Part shown: piece by piece, positions 42,298-54,219 of the stretch | Layout: every line of letters begins with the position of its first letter | Position numbering within the stretch: position 1 is the first letter of the stretch | Assembly: GCA_030669585.1 (NCBI GenBank) | Contig: DAOVDI010000002.1 | Coordinates: 1-61,858 of the forward strand | Reading direction: 5' to 3' | DNA from: Acidobacteriota bacterium | Lineage (GTDB): Bacteria > Acidobacteriota > Aminicenantia > Aminicenantales > Aminicenantaceae | Length of the DNA stretch: 61,858 bases | Position numbers and translations under genes: made by a program | The notes under the pieces: generated by a model | What the model was told of the DNA's origin: nothing | Database searches by the model: none | Seen by the model: the letters and a program-made list of their open reading frames with translations, nothing else

Positions 42298-42952
42298 AAA
42301 GATCGGACTTTTAGGTGGGACATTTAACCCGATCCATTCAGGCCACTTAAAAGCAGCCGAACTCATTCTTGATAAGATAGGCTTGGAAAAGATCCTGTTT
42401 ATTCCGTCCTATGTCCCTCCCCATAAGGGGCTTACAGATATGGCTGCCCCTTATCACAGATTAAATATGGTCAAGCTGGCTATTGCCGGGAATCCGGTAT
42501 TTGAAGCCTCTTCTCTGGAAATAGATACAGAAGGAACATCCTATTCCATAATCACTTTAGGGAAGATCAGAAACAGATATCCTTATTCGACCATTTTTTT
42601 TATTGTGGGAATTGATACGTTTCTAGAGATTAAGACCTGGAAAGAGTATAAAAAGGTTTTAAAACAGTGCTCCTTCATTGTTATAAGTCGTCCTGGCTAT
42701 CACCTGGAAGATGCAATAAAGGTGATGGAAGGAAAATATTGCAGGAATATTTATGAATATCAGGATGATCAGGAACTTCAGGATGCTGCGAAAATAAAGA
42801 ACGGAATTATTCTTTTTCGAATCCAGGCATTGGATATTTCTTCGACAGACATCAGGCGTCGGCTTGCTGCGAAGGAGATGATCAAAGGGCTTGTTCCTGA
42901 ACCGGTCCATGCTTATATTAAAAAACACAGACTTTATCAGGGAACATCATGA
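42278..42952 (+). CDS. nadD: Nicotinate-nucleotide adenylyltransferase
   Basis: Motif GGTFNPIHSGH, plus ISST-like ISSTDIR near the C-terminus. Confidence 0.85.
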   Translation: MKTGQYKKIGLLGGTFNPIHSGHLKAAELILDKIGLEKILFIPSYVPPHKGLTDMAAPYHRLNMVKLAIAGNPVFEASSLEIDTEGTSYSIITLGKIRNRYPYSTIFFIVGIDTFLEIKTWKEYKKVLKQCSFIVISRPGYHLEDAIKVMEGKYCRNIYEYQDDQELQDAAKIKNGIILFRIQALDISSTDIRRRLAAKEMIKGLVPEPVHAYIKKHRLYQGTS

Positions 42953-43326
42953 GTTCTAGCAGGACACAGAAATTATTAAAAAAAATCCTTCCAAGGGATG
43001 TGAAAATTTCGATCAAGGCTGCTCAGGATATAAAAGCGGAAAATATTGTTGTTCTTGCTTTACATGAACTTTCGTCCTTTACCGATTATTTTATAGTCAT
43101 GCACGGCAACTCAGGTAAACAGAATATAGCCTTGTGTAACAATATTGAGCGTGAGCTGAGAAATATTAAAGTGAAACCTCTGAGTGTAGAAGGCCGTCAA
43201 CATGCGGAATGGGTTTTGATGGATTATGGAAATTTTATCATTCATATATTTACCCCTGATATGCGGCAATATTATGCGCTGGAAAAATTGTGGGGGGATG
43301 CTCCAAAGCTCGCCTATTGTGAATGA
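42949..43326 (+). CDS. rsfS: Ribosomal silencing factor RsfS
   Basis: 125 aa. Motifs DYFIVMHGNS, WVLMDYGNFIIHIF and LEKLW. Confidence 0.8.
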   Translation: MSSSRTQKLLKKILPRDVKISIKAAQDIKAENIVVLALHELSSFTDYFIVMHGNSGKQNIALCNNIERELRNIKVKPLSVEGRQHAEWVLMDYGNFIIHIFTPDMRQYYALEKLWGDAPKLAYCE

Positions 43327-43408
43327 TGAAGAAAAACCTCTGATATTTTAATTTTTTTGACATTTTTTTGTTTTACGAGCGTCCTTATTAAAGTGAAAGT
43401 GAAAAGAT

Positions 43409-43876
43409 ATGAATATTAAAGTTTTTTGGCCGGGAAAGACTCAAAATGAAAACATTCGCAACCTGGAGGATCTTTATCTACAAAAGATCAAGCGTTTAGC
43501 AAAATGCCAGATCGTTATAACAAAAACGGCCAGGGGTATCCCCGAGAAACAGGCCCAGCGCATTAAAGACATAGAAGCCTCCGGCCTGGAAAAACATATC
43601 GAAAATGATTTTGTGGTATGTCTATCAGATGAGGGGAAAGAAATTTCGTCATCTGATCTGGCCGAATTCTTAGACAAGCTTGCCTCAGGACCTGAGCGGT
43701 TTGTGACATTTATTGTTGGAGGGTTTTTGGGCCTTGATGACCGGATCCTAAAAAGGGCAAATTTTAATCTTTCTCTTTCCCGGATGACTTTTTCGCATGA
43801 ACTGAGCCGCATTATGCTTCTTGAACAGATATACCGTTCTTTAAGTATTATCAAGGGTTATAAATATGCAAAATAA
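43409..43876 (+). CDS. rlmH: 23S rRNA (pseudouridine1915-N3)-methyltransferase RlmH (SPOUT)
   Basis: 155 aa. Motifs FIVGGFLG and SLSRMTFSHEL. Confidence 0.85.
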   Translation: MNIKVFWPGKTQNENIRNLEDLYLQKIKRLAKCQIVITKTARGIPEKQAQRIKDIEASGLEKHIENDFVVCLSDEGKEISSSDLAEFLDKLASGPERFVTFIVGGFLGLDDRILKRANFNLSLSRMTFSHELSRIMLLEQIYRSLSIIKGYKYAK

Positions 43877-43888
43877 AGCGCAGCGAGA

Positions 43889-44605
43889 ATGTCTATTTTT
43901 AAGCTTGCTGAATTATTAATTTTTCCGACTTTTTGTAAACTGTGCACAACACTGCTTGATGGGGAAGAAGAAAAGGTTGTATGTAACTCTTGCCTCAAGA
44001 AGTTGACTCCGTCTTATTCTTCCTGTTGTGTATGCTGTGGCCGGTTTTTCAGTAGTCCTGTCGAGCCTCATATCTGCAAACAGTGCCTTGAGCAAAAACC
44101 ACCATATTCTCTTCACAGATCATGCGGTTTTTACGATGGAGAACTGAAGGATATTCTTTTGCTATTCAAATATAAAGGTTTCAGGAGTTTGGGGAAGGAT
44201 CTTATTCTGTTTGCAATAAATGTTATGGGCGAAAAGCATTTTTTATGGCAGGAAATGGATGTGATCATTCCGGTTCCTCTCCATCCCTCCAGGCAGAGAC
44301 AGAGAGGTTTTAATCAATCTAAAATTCTTGCCCATGAATTGGCAAAGCTGAAAAAAATAAAGATCGAAAGCCGGATTCTCATTAAAATTAAAAACAAGCC
44401 CCCCCAAACCTCGCTGGATGCGAAAACGAGAAGAAGGAATCTTATAGGAGCGTTTCAGGTTAAAAATAAGTCTGCTATCAAAGGAAAAACAGTTCTTCTG
44501 GTGGATGATGTTTTTACGACAGGGGCGACTTTGGCTGAATGCAGCAAGACTATCTTAAAAGCTGGGGCAAAAAGCGTTTCAGCTTTGACTTTAGCTCAGG
44601 CTTGA
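43889..44605 (+). CDS. comF: ComF-family phosphoribosyltransferase-like protein
   Basis: N-terminal Cys-rich Zn-finger-like region. PRTase motif VLLVDDVFTTGATL. Confidence 0.75.
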   Translation: MSIFKLAELLIFPTFCKLCTTLLDGEEEKVVCNSCLKKLTPSYSSCCVCCGRFFSSPVEPHICKQCLEQKPPYSLHRSCGFYDGELKDILLLFKYKGFRSLGKDLILFAINVMGEKHFLWQEMDVIIPVPLHPSRQRQRGFNQSKILAHELAKLKKIKIESRILIKIKNKPPQTSLDAKTRRRNLIGAFQVKNKSAIKGKTVLLVDDVFTTGATLAECSKTILKAGAKSVSALTLAQA

Positions 44606-45307
44606 TCTTTTCCTTTTTTTCCCTTCGATAAGGAGGGTCGCTTCCCCTTTTATCCGGGAGGGATCGAGTTGCTGCATAATTTCCCGGGCTGTCCCTCTTA
44701 TGAACTCCTCGTGGATCTTGGTCAGTTCCCTTGCGATAACAACCTGTCTGTTTCCCAGGGAATCCCAAACAGTATGTAAAAAAGATTCAAGTTTCCGGGG
44801 CGGCAGATAAAAAATGAGAGTTGAAGTTTCCTCTGATAAGGAACGAAGCAGTTTCCCGGCTGCTGTCTTTTTTGGAGGAGGAAAGCCTAAGAATAGAAAT
44901 TTATGGGTTGGAAGCCCTGACGCACAAAGGGCAGTAGTTACAGCAGATGAGCCTGGAATTGGAACTACAGTAATACTCTTTTCAATGGCTTTTTGGATCA
45001 ACGGGAACCCTGGATCGGATATGCCTGGAGTGCCTGCATCAGATACGAGGGCGACATCCTTTCCTTCTGTAAGGTGCCGTATAATGATCGGAATCTTTTG
45101 TTTTTCTTTGGGCTCATAATAACTGATAAGATTTTTTTTGATCTCATACCGGTTAAGAAGCTTTCTGGTATGGCGGGTGTCCTCGCATGCGATCAAAAAG
45201 ACGGACTTAAGAATTTCCAGGGCTCTGAATGTCAGGTCTTCTAAATTACCTATAGGAGTAGCGACGATATAAAGACGACCGGTTTCAGCTTTTTTAGGAG
45301 ATACCAT
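44591..45307 (-). CDS. rsmI: 16S rRNA (cytidine1402-2'-O)-methyltransferase RsmI
   Basis: Motifs LYIVATPIGNLEDLTFRAL, CEDTRHT and SDAGTPGISDPG. Confidence 0.85.
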   Translation of the reverse strand: MVSPKKAETGRLYIVATPIGNLEDLTFRALEILKSVFLIACEDTRHTRKLLNRYEIKKNLISYYEPKEKQKIPIIIRHLTEGKDVALVSDAGTPGISDPGFPLIQKAIEKSITVVPIPGSSAVTTALCASGLPTHKFLFLGFPPPKKTAAGKLLRSLSEETSTLIFYLPPRKLESFLHTVWDSLGNRQVVIARELTKIHEEFIRGTAREIMQQLDPSRIKGEATLLIEGKKRKRSSLS

Positions 45308-45315
45308 GTGCAGCC

Positions 45316-46128
45316 TTATTTTTCGCGGTCAAAAGAATACAGGAAGTTCAGTCCGACCGTTCTCCATGAAAGCTTGGCAATGGGCGGAAGTTTCCTCTTG
45401 AATTCAGAAGACTTAATGAGCCGGGTGATCCTTTCAATATTTTTTTTATCAAAACCTTTCTTAAGCAGATCAGCCGGCGTTCTTCGAAGATCGACAAGTT
45501 GGTACAGGATCATGTCAATATTTTTATATGTCATACCCAGTTCTTTTTCATCCGTCTGCCCCGGCCAGAGTCCTGCGGTCGGGGTTTTTTTGATTATCTT
45601 TGTCGGTACACCTAGATGGGCTGCAAGCTGCCGGATCTGTGTTTTGTAGAGGTCACCGATCGGATTTATGGCAGATGCCATATCTCCGTGGAGGGTCCCA
45701 TATCCAAGAAGAGATTCAGTTTTATTACTGGTTCCCAGGATCAGTGCTTTTTCCCGAACTGAAAAATCATAAAGGATCGACATTCTTTCTCTAGCCATTT
45801 TATTGCCAATAATGATACGGTCGGATGTAGGAAATATTTTAAAGTAGGCATCCACCATTGGGGAAATGTCTATGATCCGTGAGTTAATTCCAAGGAGATC
45901 TGCCACTTCCCGGGCATCATCCACATCCTGTGGATAGGTATCTCCATAAGGCATGATCAGGGCAAAAACATTTGTTTTGCCCAGAGATTTGGCTGCGAGA
46001 AAAGCGCAAACAGATGAATCAAGGCCACCGGACAGACCGAGGATTCCTCTGGAAAAATTGAATTTATACAGTTCATTTTTTATAAAGGCCGTCAGGACTT
46101 TTTCAACAAATATTTCGTTAATCTTCAT
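45316..46128 (-). CDS. nadE: NAD+ synthetase (synthetase domain only, NadE)
   Basis: 270 aa. PP-loop GLSGGLDSS. Motifs TSNKTE and YGTLHGD. Confidence 0.85.
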   Translation of the reverse strand: MKINEIFVEKVLTAFIKNELYKFNFSRGILGLSGGLDSSVCAFLAAKSLGKTNVFALIMPYGDTYPQDVDDAREVADLLGINSRIIDISPMVDAYFKIFPTSDRIIIGNKMARERMSILYDFSVREKALILGTSNKTESLLGYGTLHGDMASAINPIGDLYKTQIRQLAAHLGVPTKIIKKTPTAGLWPGQTDEKELGMTYKNIDMILYQLVDLRRTPADLLKKGFDKKNIERITRLIKSSEFKRKLPPIAKLSWRTVGLNFLYSFDREK

Positions 46129-46966
46129 ATGAACTGATGATTCTTTTTAATGCTTCGAGAATGATCTCCGGTTTGTCATCTCTTTTATATAAACGTTTTT
46201 TACGGACTTCTGCAATTTCGTCCAGGTTGATATCATGTATAAGAAATTCCTCTTCAACATATCGGGCCTTTGCCATGAGGTTACCGGCAGGCCCGTAGAT
46301 GAAGGATCCTCCGGCAAAGACCTTTCCATCCTCGAATCCAACTCTGTTGCAGTAAACGACAAAAGAGGTGGAGAACCGTGACAGGGATGCTCCCATTGAC
46401 TCCCACATGTTGCTGGATTCAAACTTATCCTCTTCTGAGTAGCCTCTTCCTGGAGCAGCGCTGAGAACGATGATGGTGTCCGAACCTCCTGCGAAGAGAA
46501 GGTAGCATGCCCCGAGTTGAAGGAAATCATAACAGATCATCATTCCTGTTTTTCCAAAAGGTGTGGAAAATGTATGAAAATTTTTTCCCTGGGCAAAAAA
46601 TTTCATTTCTTCGAACATTCCATAAGTGGGGGGGAAAACTTTGCGGTGAATATTTTTTATTTCTCCATCTGAGAGATAGGCCGAGGAATTATAAAAAAGC
46701 CCATTATCCTTTTTTTCCACAAATCCAAAAACGATAGAGATCTCTTCACTGGCTTTTTTTATCTTCTTGAATGTTGGATCAGAATCCGGGCAGAGAGCGA
46801 CCTCTTCAACCAGATCTTGAAGTGTATATCCGGTCAGGCTGAGTTCGGGAAAAATTATGAGTTGGACGTTTTCTTTTTTTGCCTTTTCGATATAGGCAAA
46901 ATGAGATTTCAGGTTTTTTTGAACGTCTCCTAAATGAGGAGAAGATTGAACCAACCCGATTTTCAT
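46118..46966 (-). CDS. Carbon-nitrogen hydrolase (nitrilase superfamily), likely glutaminase partner of NadE
   Basis: 282 aa. Catalytic-triad contexts FPELSLTGY (Glu), HRKVFPP (Lys) and MICYD (Cys). The stop overlaps the nadE start by 11 nt. Confidence 0.8.
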   Translation of the reverse strand: MKIGLVQSSPHLGDVQKNLKSHFAYIEKAKKENVQLIIFPELSLTGYTLQDLVEEVALCPDSDPTFKKIKKASEEISIVFGFVEKKDNGLFYNSSAYLSDGEIKNIHRKVFPPTYGMFEEMKFFAQGKNFHTFSTPFGKTGMMICYDFLQLGACYLLFAGGSDTIIVLSAAPGRGYSEEDKFESSNMWESMGASLSRFSTSFVVYCNRVGFEDGKVFAGGSFIYGPAGNLMAKARYVEEEFLIHDINLDEIAEVRKKRLYKRDDKPEIILEALKRIISSYED

Positions 46967-47034
46967 ATTAGAAAATTATCACAATTTCTTGACCTTTGCA
47001 ATTCAGGTATTTATATATAAAATAAGGATTCCAA

Positions 47035-47733
47035 ATGATGGAAAAAAACAAGCCGGAAAATATCGAAGAGCTGCATGCTAAATTCTTAAATTCAAATTAT
47101 TACCAGATCTTGGATATCTCCCGCTCGGCTACTGTTTTTGAAGCCAAAGAAGCATATTTCCAGTTGGCAAGGAAATACCACCCTGACCTCTTCCAGCGGA
47201 ATCTTCCCAAAGATCTGAAAAAAAAGGCCGGCGAGATCTTTGATATAATAAATAAGGCTTTTCACACGATCAGCAATGAAAGCAGGCGTCGGATCTATAA
47301 TGCACAGCTCGACTCCATGTGTAGTGATAAAAACAACGTTCCGGCTCTTGCGCAATCAAAATTTCAAAAAGGGAAAGTTCTGACCGATCAGGGGAGATAT
47401 GAAGAAGCGTTAAGTTATTTGACCGAAGCTGTTAAGCTTAGGGAAAATAACGCAAAATATTTCTTAGCTCTGGCAAAAGCGGAATCAAAGGTTTCTCGTT
47501 ATCAAAAACAGGCAGAAAATGATTTTATTAAAGCGATACAGATCGAACCTTGGAATCCGGATGGTTATATTGCTCTTGGACTTTTTTATAAAATTGAAGG
47601 TTTAAAGATCAAGGCCACACGCCAGTTTGAAAAAGCTGTTAATATTGATCCAGATAATAAGCGTGCACTTAAGGAACTGGGACAAAAGCCCCGTAATGGA
47701 AAAACGCGCAAAAAAATATTCGGGAAACGCTAG
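47035..47733 (+). CDS. J-domain (DnaJ-like) protein with TPR repeats
   Basis: Motif YYQILDISRSAT…ARKYHPD (HPD motif), followed by TPR-like repeats. Confidence 0.75.
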   Translation: MMEKNKPENIEELHAKFLNSNYYQILDISRSATVFEAKEAYFQLARKYHPDLFQRNLPKDLKKKAGEIFDIINKAFHTISNESRRRIYNAQLDSMCSDKNNVPALAQSKFQKGKVLTDQGRYEEALSYLTEAVKLRENNAKYFLALAKAESKVSRYQKQAENDFIKAIQIEPWNPDGYIALGLFYKIEGLKIKATRQFEKAVNIDPDNKRALKELGQKPRNGKTRKKIFGKR

Positions 47734-47762
47734 AAAAAAAGAGCCAATTTGAATAATTCAGG

Positions 47763-49796
<2,034 letters not shown>

Positions 49797-49871
49797 TTAT
49801 AAGCAAGATTGATAAGTCAGGCAAGGATTTCCCGTCCTTGCTTAAAAGTGTTATACAGATGAAATTAATTC

Positions 49872-49904
49872 AAAAAAAAAGGACGGACTCAAGGACCATC
49901 CTTT
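49872..49904 (-). terminator. Rho-independent terminator downstream of the TPR-like gene
   Basis: The minus strand reads AAAGGATGG-tccttgagt-CCGTCCTTT followed by a T-run. The core 6-bp GGATGG/CCGTCC includes one G-U pair. It lies 17 nt after the stop at 49921. Confidence 0.5.
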
Positions 49905-49920
49905 AATTTTTGATTATTAT

Positions 49921-51117
49921 CTATTGGGCTATGCCCAGTCTTTTTTTTGCAGATTCGATAGCCTGGTTAAACTTTTCAAGTGCTGCCTTTGTTTCTAATT
50001 CCAGTCTATCTATGGCTTTTTTCTCTGTTTCAATGCTGGCCAGGATTGTTTCCATTTCCTTCTTTTCTGTGTCCGTCAGATCCTCTTCGTCCCTGTCTCC
50101 GAACTTTGAGTTAAATGAATTTGACAGATCGGTTATCTTATTTCCGCGGGATACTAATTCCTGTACTTTCTCATTGTATTTGAGATCTTTATGGACGCGG
50201 TTGAAAAAGAGTCCCTGAGCCAGATCCATGGCTTTTTTAGTGTTAGTCTTGGATAGGAATGCAGCGTCGAGCAGATATTGGACAGCCTCTTCCGCTGAAG
50301 CAGGATTGGATTTCATCTGTCTTGCCAGAAGAATTCCAATGTTATAGGCGAGATCGCCGTTCTTCTGTTTGGAGTAAGCCAGTTTATAATATTTCAGGGC
50401 GCTTGCTTTTTTCCCGTTTCTGTGCATGCATTTTGCATAATAAGTCATGCTTCCATAATCTTTGAGCACTTGAGCAGCAAGCTGAAATGGTTCTTCCGAA
50501 GCCTTGAATTCTTTGGCATCATAAAGTTTTTTCCCCAGTCTCCTTATAGATTTGATGATCTGTGTGTTCTTCAGGATTTTAAAGGAGTCAATATACGCCT
50601 TGACCGCGCCTTTTGGATCGTTTGCTTTTTCAAGCGCCTGTCCATGGTTGTAATAACCAGCTCCTATGAATTGATTCCATCTGGCGATGTTTGTTCTTTC
50701 CGTTTCTTTAGACTTGGCAGCTTTAGCCACCTGAACAGCCTTAAGGGAATAACTTTTAGCTTTATCTAAATTTTTCCCGTTCTTTATATAAAGCCCGGAA
50801 ACCGTTATATAAAGCTGGAAGTTGGTCAGTTCATCGTATCCTCCCAGGGAAATGGCCTTTTCACCGTAATTAATTCTATCTTCCTGCGATATTGCCGCGG
50901 AAGGAGTTGTACAAAGATTTGCATATACAAAATTTTCGTATTGGGTGCCCTGTCCAACATACTTGGAAAGATAGTCTTTGAGCAGCTGGATTCTTTGATC
51001 CGGATTTTTTGTTGTTACCGCTTTGATATAATCTTGATTTGCTTCAGTGCCCTGCGCATGAAGCAGACCAGTTAACAAAAAAATAAGTGTCAATAGGGTT
51101 AAAGTTGACTTTCTCAT
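49921..51117 (-). CDS. Secreted TPR-like repeat protein, hypothetical
   Basis: 398 aa. Signal peptide (…LLTGLLHAQG). Helical repeat composition (Ala/Lys/Tyr-rich, TPR-like) and a coiled-coil C-terminus. Confidence 0.6.
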   Translation of the reverse strand: MRKSTLTLLTLIFLLTGLLHAQGTEANQDYIKAVTTKNPDQRIQLLKDYLSKYVGQGTQYENFVYANLCTTPSAAISQEDRINYGEKAISLGGYDELTNFQLYITVSGLYIKNGKNLDKAKSYSLKAVQVAKAAKSKETERTNIARWNQFIGAGYYNHGQALEKANDPKGAVKAYIDSFKILKNTQIIKSIRRLGKKLYDAKEFKASEEPFQLAAQVLKDYGSMTYYAKCMHRNGKKASALKYYKLAYSKQKNGDLAYNIGILLARQMKSNPASAEEAVQYLLDAAFLSKTNTKKAMDLAQGLFFNRVHKDLKYNEKVQELVSRGNKITDLSNSFNSKFGDRDEEDLTDTEKKEMETILASIETEKKAIDRLELETKAALEKFNQAIESAKKRLGIAQ

Positions 51118-51269
51118 TGTTCGACCTCGTCTAATATTTTAAAAATAATAGCGTGACTGGATTAAAATGTCAATAACCAGCCAATTGATAATCAGCAAAA
51201 TTCATGCCAAATTAATTGAAGTTATCTATCCGTCTTGCCAGGCATTGTTCTTTTTCATACAATACTTCC

Positions 51270-52214
51270 ATGAATCCTGATTATCAGAACTTTAATAAAC
51301 AATTTATCGAAAGGACCGGCAGGTCTTTGTCCTTTGCTGTACAGCTTGCCGATTTTTCGAGTTTTAAAATTGGAGGGAAGGCAGATTTATTTTTTGAGGC
51401 GACTTCGATTAATGAACTGGTTGAAGCGCTCAGAGTCGCACGGTCAAACTCTATTCCGCATTATGTAGTCGGGGGAGGATTCAATCTCTTGTTTGATGAT
51501 CTTGGGTTCAGAGGTTTAATCATCAAAAACAGTGTTGAAGGAGTAGATATGTCTGGGGGGGATCGGATCACAGTCAAAACAGGAACTTCTCTGAAAGACA
51601 TGCTGGGATTTTGTGCCCGAAAAAGTCTGGCGGGATTCGAATTCCTTGCTGGGATACCAGGAACTGTGGGCGGGGCGGTTTATGGCAATGCAGGCGCTTT
51701 TGGGGAGAGTATAGGATCTTACCTGATAGAGGCTATGATCCTGAATAAAAATGAAAAAAAAGTCCGGATCAATAGGGAAAAATTCCAATTTGGATACCGT
51801 GACAGCATTCTTAAAAAGACCCGTGATACGCTCCTTGAGGTTGTCTTTGAGCTGCGTCAGGGGCAAGCAAAAATAATTCAGGCCGGAATGGAAAACAATA
51901 TCAGAGTAAGGGAAAATAAACATCCTCCTGCTACTGTTGCATGTGCTGGAAGCTATTTTAAGAATCCTTTTCCTCCCGGTGAAAAAAAAGTTGCGGCAGC
52001 GGTTCTACTGGATGGAATCGGAGCGAAAAGGCTTAAATGTGGAAAGGCTGCGGTCAGTGAGATCCATGCCAATTTTCTTATCAATGAGGGGAAGGCATCG
52101 TCAAAAGATGTTCTTCAATTGGCTAAAAAGTTAAAAAAACAGGTGAAGGACCGGTTCGGAATCATTCTCCAGGAGGAAGTTATTTATCTTCCAGCAGAAT
52201 CGCCAAAGCCTTGA
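51270..52214 (+). CDS. murB: UDP-N-acetylenolpyruvoylglucosamine reductase
   Basis: Start placed at MNPDYQNF (51270); the track start is 51216. Motifs FKIGGKADLFFEA, GGGFNLL, GIPGTVGGAV and GSYFKNP. Confidence 0.85.
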   Translation: MNPDYQNFNKQFIERTGRSLSFAVQLADFSSFKIGGKADLFFEATSINELVEALRVARSNSIPHYVVGGGFNLLFDDLGFRGLIIKNSVEGVDMSGGDRITVKTGTSLKDMLGFCARKSLAGFEFLAGIPGTVGGAVYGNAGAFGESIGSYLIEAMILNKNEKKVRINREKFQFGYRDSILKKTRDTLLEVVFELRQGQAKIIQAGMENNIRVRENKHPPATVACAGSYFKNPFPPGEKKVAAAVLLDGIGAKRLKCGKAAVSEIHANFLINEGKASSKDVLQLAKKLKKQVKDRFGIILQEEVIYLPAESPKP

Positions 52215-53049
52215 TTTTTTCAGTGGAGAGGCGTTTTGTTTTTCTGGCTGTTTCCATTGCTTGGCGGGCCAGGTTCCTGTATATCCTGGAATGGCCTGGC
52301 AGGCTTTTCAGCACTTTAAGATGGGTTTTAACTGTTTTCAGATCTCCACGAACAATAGGGCCGGTGAGAGAGGCGGAAATACCAAATTTTTTTACATTCT
52401 GTAAAGTTTCTTGCACAAGGGGATAAAGCATTTCCTCTGCCTGTTTTGGCTTGATCCCGATCGTTCCCAAAACCGCTGAGGCCGAATCCAGGAGGGCAAC
52501 AATATAATTGGAAGCAAGGCAGCAGGAAGTATGGTACAGGGATTTGTCTTCAGGCGATAGAACCAGGTGTTTTGCGCCGAGCCGTTTCGTCATTTCTTGG
52601 GCGAGCAGTACGGATTTTTTTCCTCCTTCGATACCGAAAAATATCCCTTTGATGCTTTGTTCAGATTGGTTCTTACATGTAAATGACTGAATAGGGTGAA
52701 AGGAAGCTGTAAAGGCGCCTCTGTTTTTTAATAGATCAAGGATGTTGGAGGGAAGCAAGCCGCTGCAGTGAAATACATATTTACCATCCCACCAGATATC
52801 TGATTTTGAAAGCTCTTCTGAGATGCGGCTGATTTGCATGTCCTGGACGGTCAGGATAACGACGTCCGCTTCTCGTGAGGCTTGAATGTTGTCTGCATAC
52901 GCTGTTCCCTGACCTATGATCTTTCGGCTCTTTCTGGCCGATGATATGCGGCTGCAGGTCAGGGCGATGATCCGGTATCCTGCCAGTGACAGGGCTCTAC
53001 CTAAAACGGTTCCGACCTTGCCCGCTCCGATTATGGCAATATCATTCAT
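52180..53049 (-). CDS. Rossmann-fold NAD(P)-binding protein, DUF2520-like
   Basis: Start at MNDIAIIGAGKVGTVLG (53049). C-terminal helical domain. Its 3' end overlaps the convergent murB 3' end by 35 nt. Confidence 0.65.
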   Translation of the reverse strand: MNDIAIIGAGKVGTVLGRALSLAGYRIIALTCSRISSARKSRKIIGQGTAYADNIQASREADVVILTVQDMQISRISEELSKSDIWWDGKYVFHCSGLLPSNILDLLKNRGAFTASFHPIQSFTCKNQSEQSIKGIFFGIEGGKKSVLLAQEMTKRLGAKHLVLSPEDKSLYHTSCCLASNYIVALLDSASAVLGTIGIKPKQAEEMLYPLVQETLQNVKKFGISASLTGPIVRGDLKTVKTHLKVLKSLPGHSRIYRNLARQAMETARKTKRLSTEKIKALAILLEDK

Positions 53050-53524
53050 GATCGCCCTTAAAAATGCCACCCCAGAGATCGATCTCCAATGGTGAAAGAG
53101 GCGTGTCTTCTTTCTGCAGTTCTTGGATTTTTTTGTATTCTTTAAGGGTTTTTTTTAATTCTTTGTTAAATTCCTGACAAGTCAGGACTTTGAATCCTAA
53201 AGCCCGCGCAAAATTTTTAAGCTCCCGGTCAGAGCTGACAATGAAAAACCGCCTTTTGTTTTTCCATTTGGATAAAATGTCCTTGATGATATGGTCAGCT
53301 TTTTGACCGGGCGAAGGGAAAAATATTTTTATCTTCTTGAAGTGTGTGTGGATATTCTCCAGTTCCGTATCCGGAGGACCATCAAAAACAAGAAGGATCT
53401 TTGTCTGATTAATCCGTTGGAATGCTATTAATCTGCCGACAAGACTGTATTTGCTTCGGGGGTCTCTGAGATAATGAGGAGAAATGTGCCCGATGAGGTT
53501 GTTGCCATCAATCAGAAAAGCCAT
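53042..53524 (-). CDS. NYN/PIN-like domain protein (YacP-like)
   Basis: 160 aa. Motifs MAFLIDGNNLIGH, LLVFDG and FIVSSDREL. Confidence 0.65.
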   Translation of the reverse strand: MAFLIDGNNLIGHISPHYLRDPRSKYSLVGRLIAFQRINQTKILLVFDGPPDTELENIHTHFKKIKIFFPSPGQKADHIIKDILSKWKNKRRFFIVSSDRELKNFARALGFKVLTCQEFNKELKKTLKEYKKIQELQKEDTPLSPLEIDLWGGIFKGDHE

Positions 53525-53544
53525 TATTTATAAATAATTCTGTG

Positions 53545-54198
53545 TTAGAGGTTATAGGTTTCTCCCGGTTTAAGAATAATAACCTCTGCACGTGTTCCAA
53601 CTTTTTGCTTGAACTCCTCAGGGTTGGAATTCACAATTGGGAATGTTCCGTAGTGTATCGGAATGACTTTTTTTGTCTGAATGAATTCTACGGCTTTGGC
53701 TGCAGAAGCGATTCCCATGGTGTAGCGGTCACCGATTGGGAGAAAGCTGAGATCGGGATTGAAAAATTCTCCGATCAATTTCATGTCATAAGTTAAACCG
53801 GTGTCGCCGGCATGATAAAGAGTCTTTCCGTCCATTTCTATGACTACTCCGGCCGGATTCCCTTTTTCCGCAGAATGGTGGGCTGTGACCATGTGGGTAA
53901 TAACATCATTTGACTCCACTGTCCCGCCGATGTTCATCCCTTCGGTTGTGATTCCTTCTGCTTCAGCTTCCACGGCGATTTCATGCATGGCAACCAGAAC
54001 TGCATTGGTTTTTTTGCAGATGGCAAAAGCATCTCCAAGGTGGTCCGCATGATGGTGTGTGACAATGACTATATCCGCTTCATCAATGTCAGCGGAAGAC
54101 AGACTTGCGCTTGGATTTCCCGTCAGAAAAGGGTCGATATAGATTGTTTTTGATCCTTTTAATTTAATCGCAGAGTGACCTAACCATGTTATCTCCAA
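53545..54198 (-). CDS. Metallo-beta-lactamase-fold hydrolase (UPF0173-like)
   Basis: 217 aa. Motifs ITWLGHSA and VTHHHADHLGD. Confidence 0.75.
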   Translation of the reverse strand: MEITWLGHSAIKLKGSKTIYIDPFLTGNPSASLSSADIDEADIVIVTHHHADHLGDAFAICKKTNAVLVAMHEIAVEAEAEGITTEGMNIGGTVESNDVITHMVTAHHSAEKGNPAGVVIEMDGKTLYHAGDTGLTYDMKLIGEFFNPDLSFLPIGDRYTMGIASAAKAVEFIQTKKVIPIHYGTFPIVNSNPEEFKQKVGTRAEVIILKPGETYNL

Positions 54199-54219
54199 TT
54201 TTTCCTCCTTGTAGTTATT

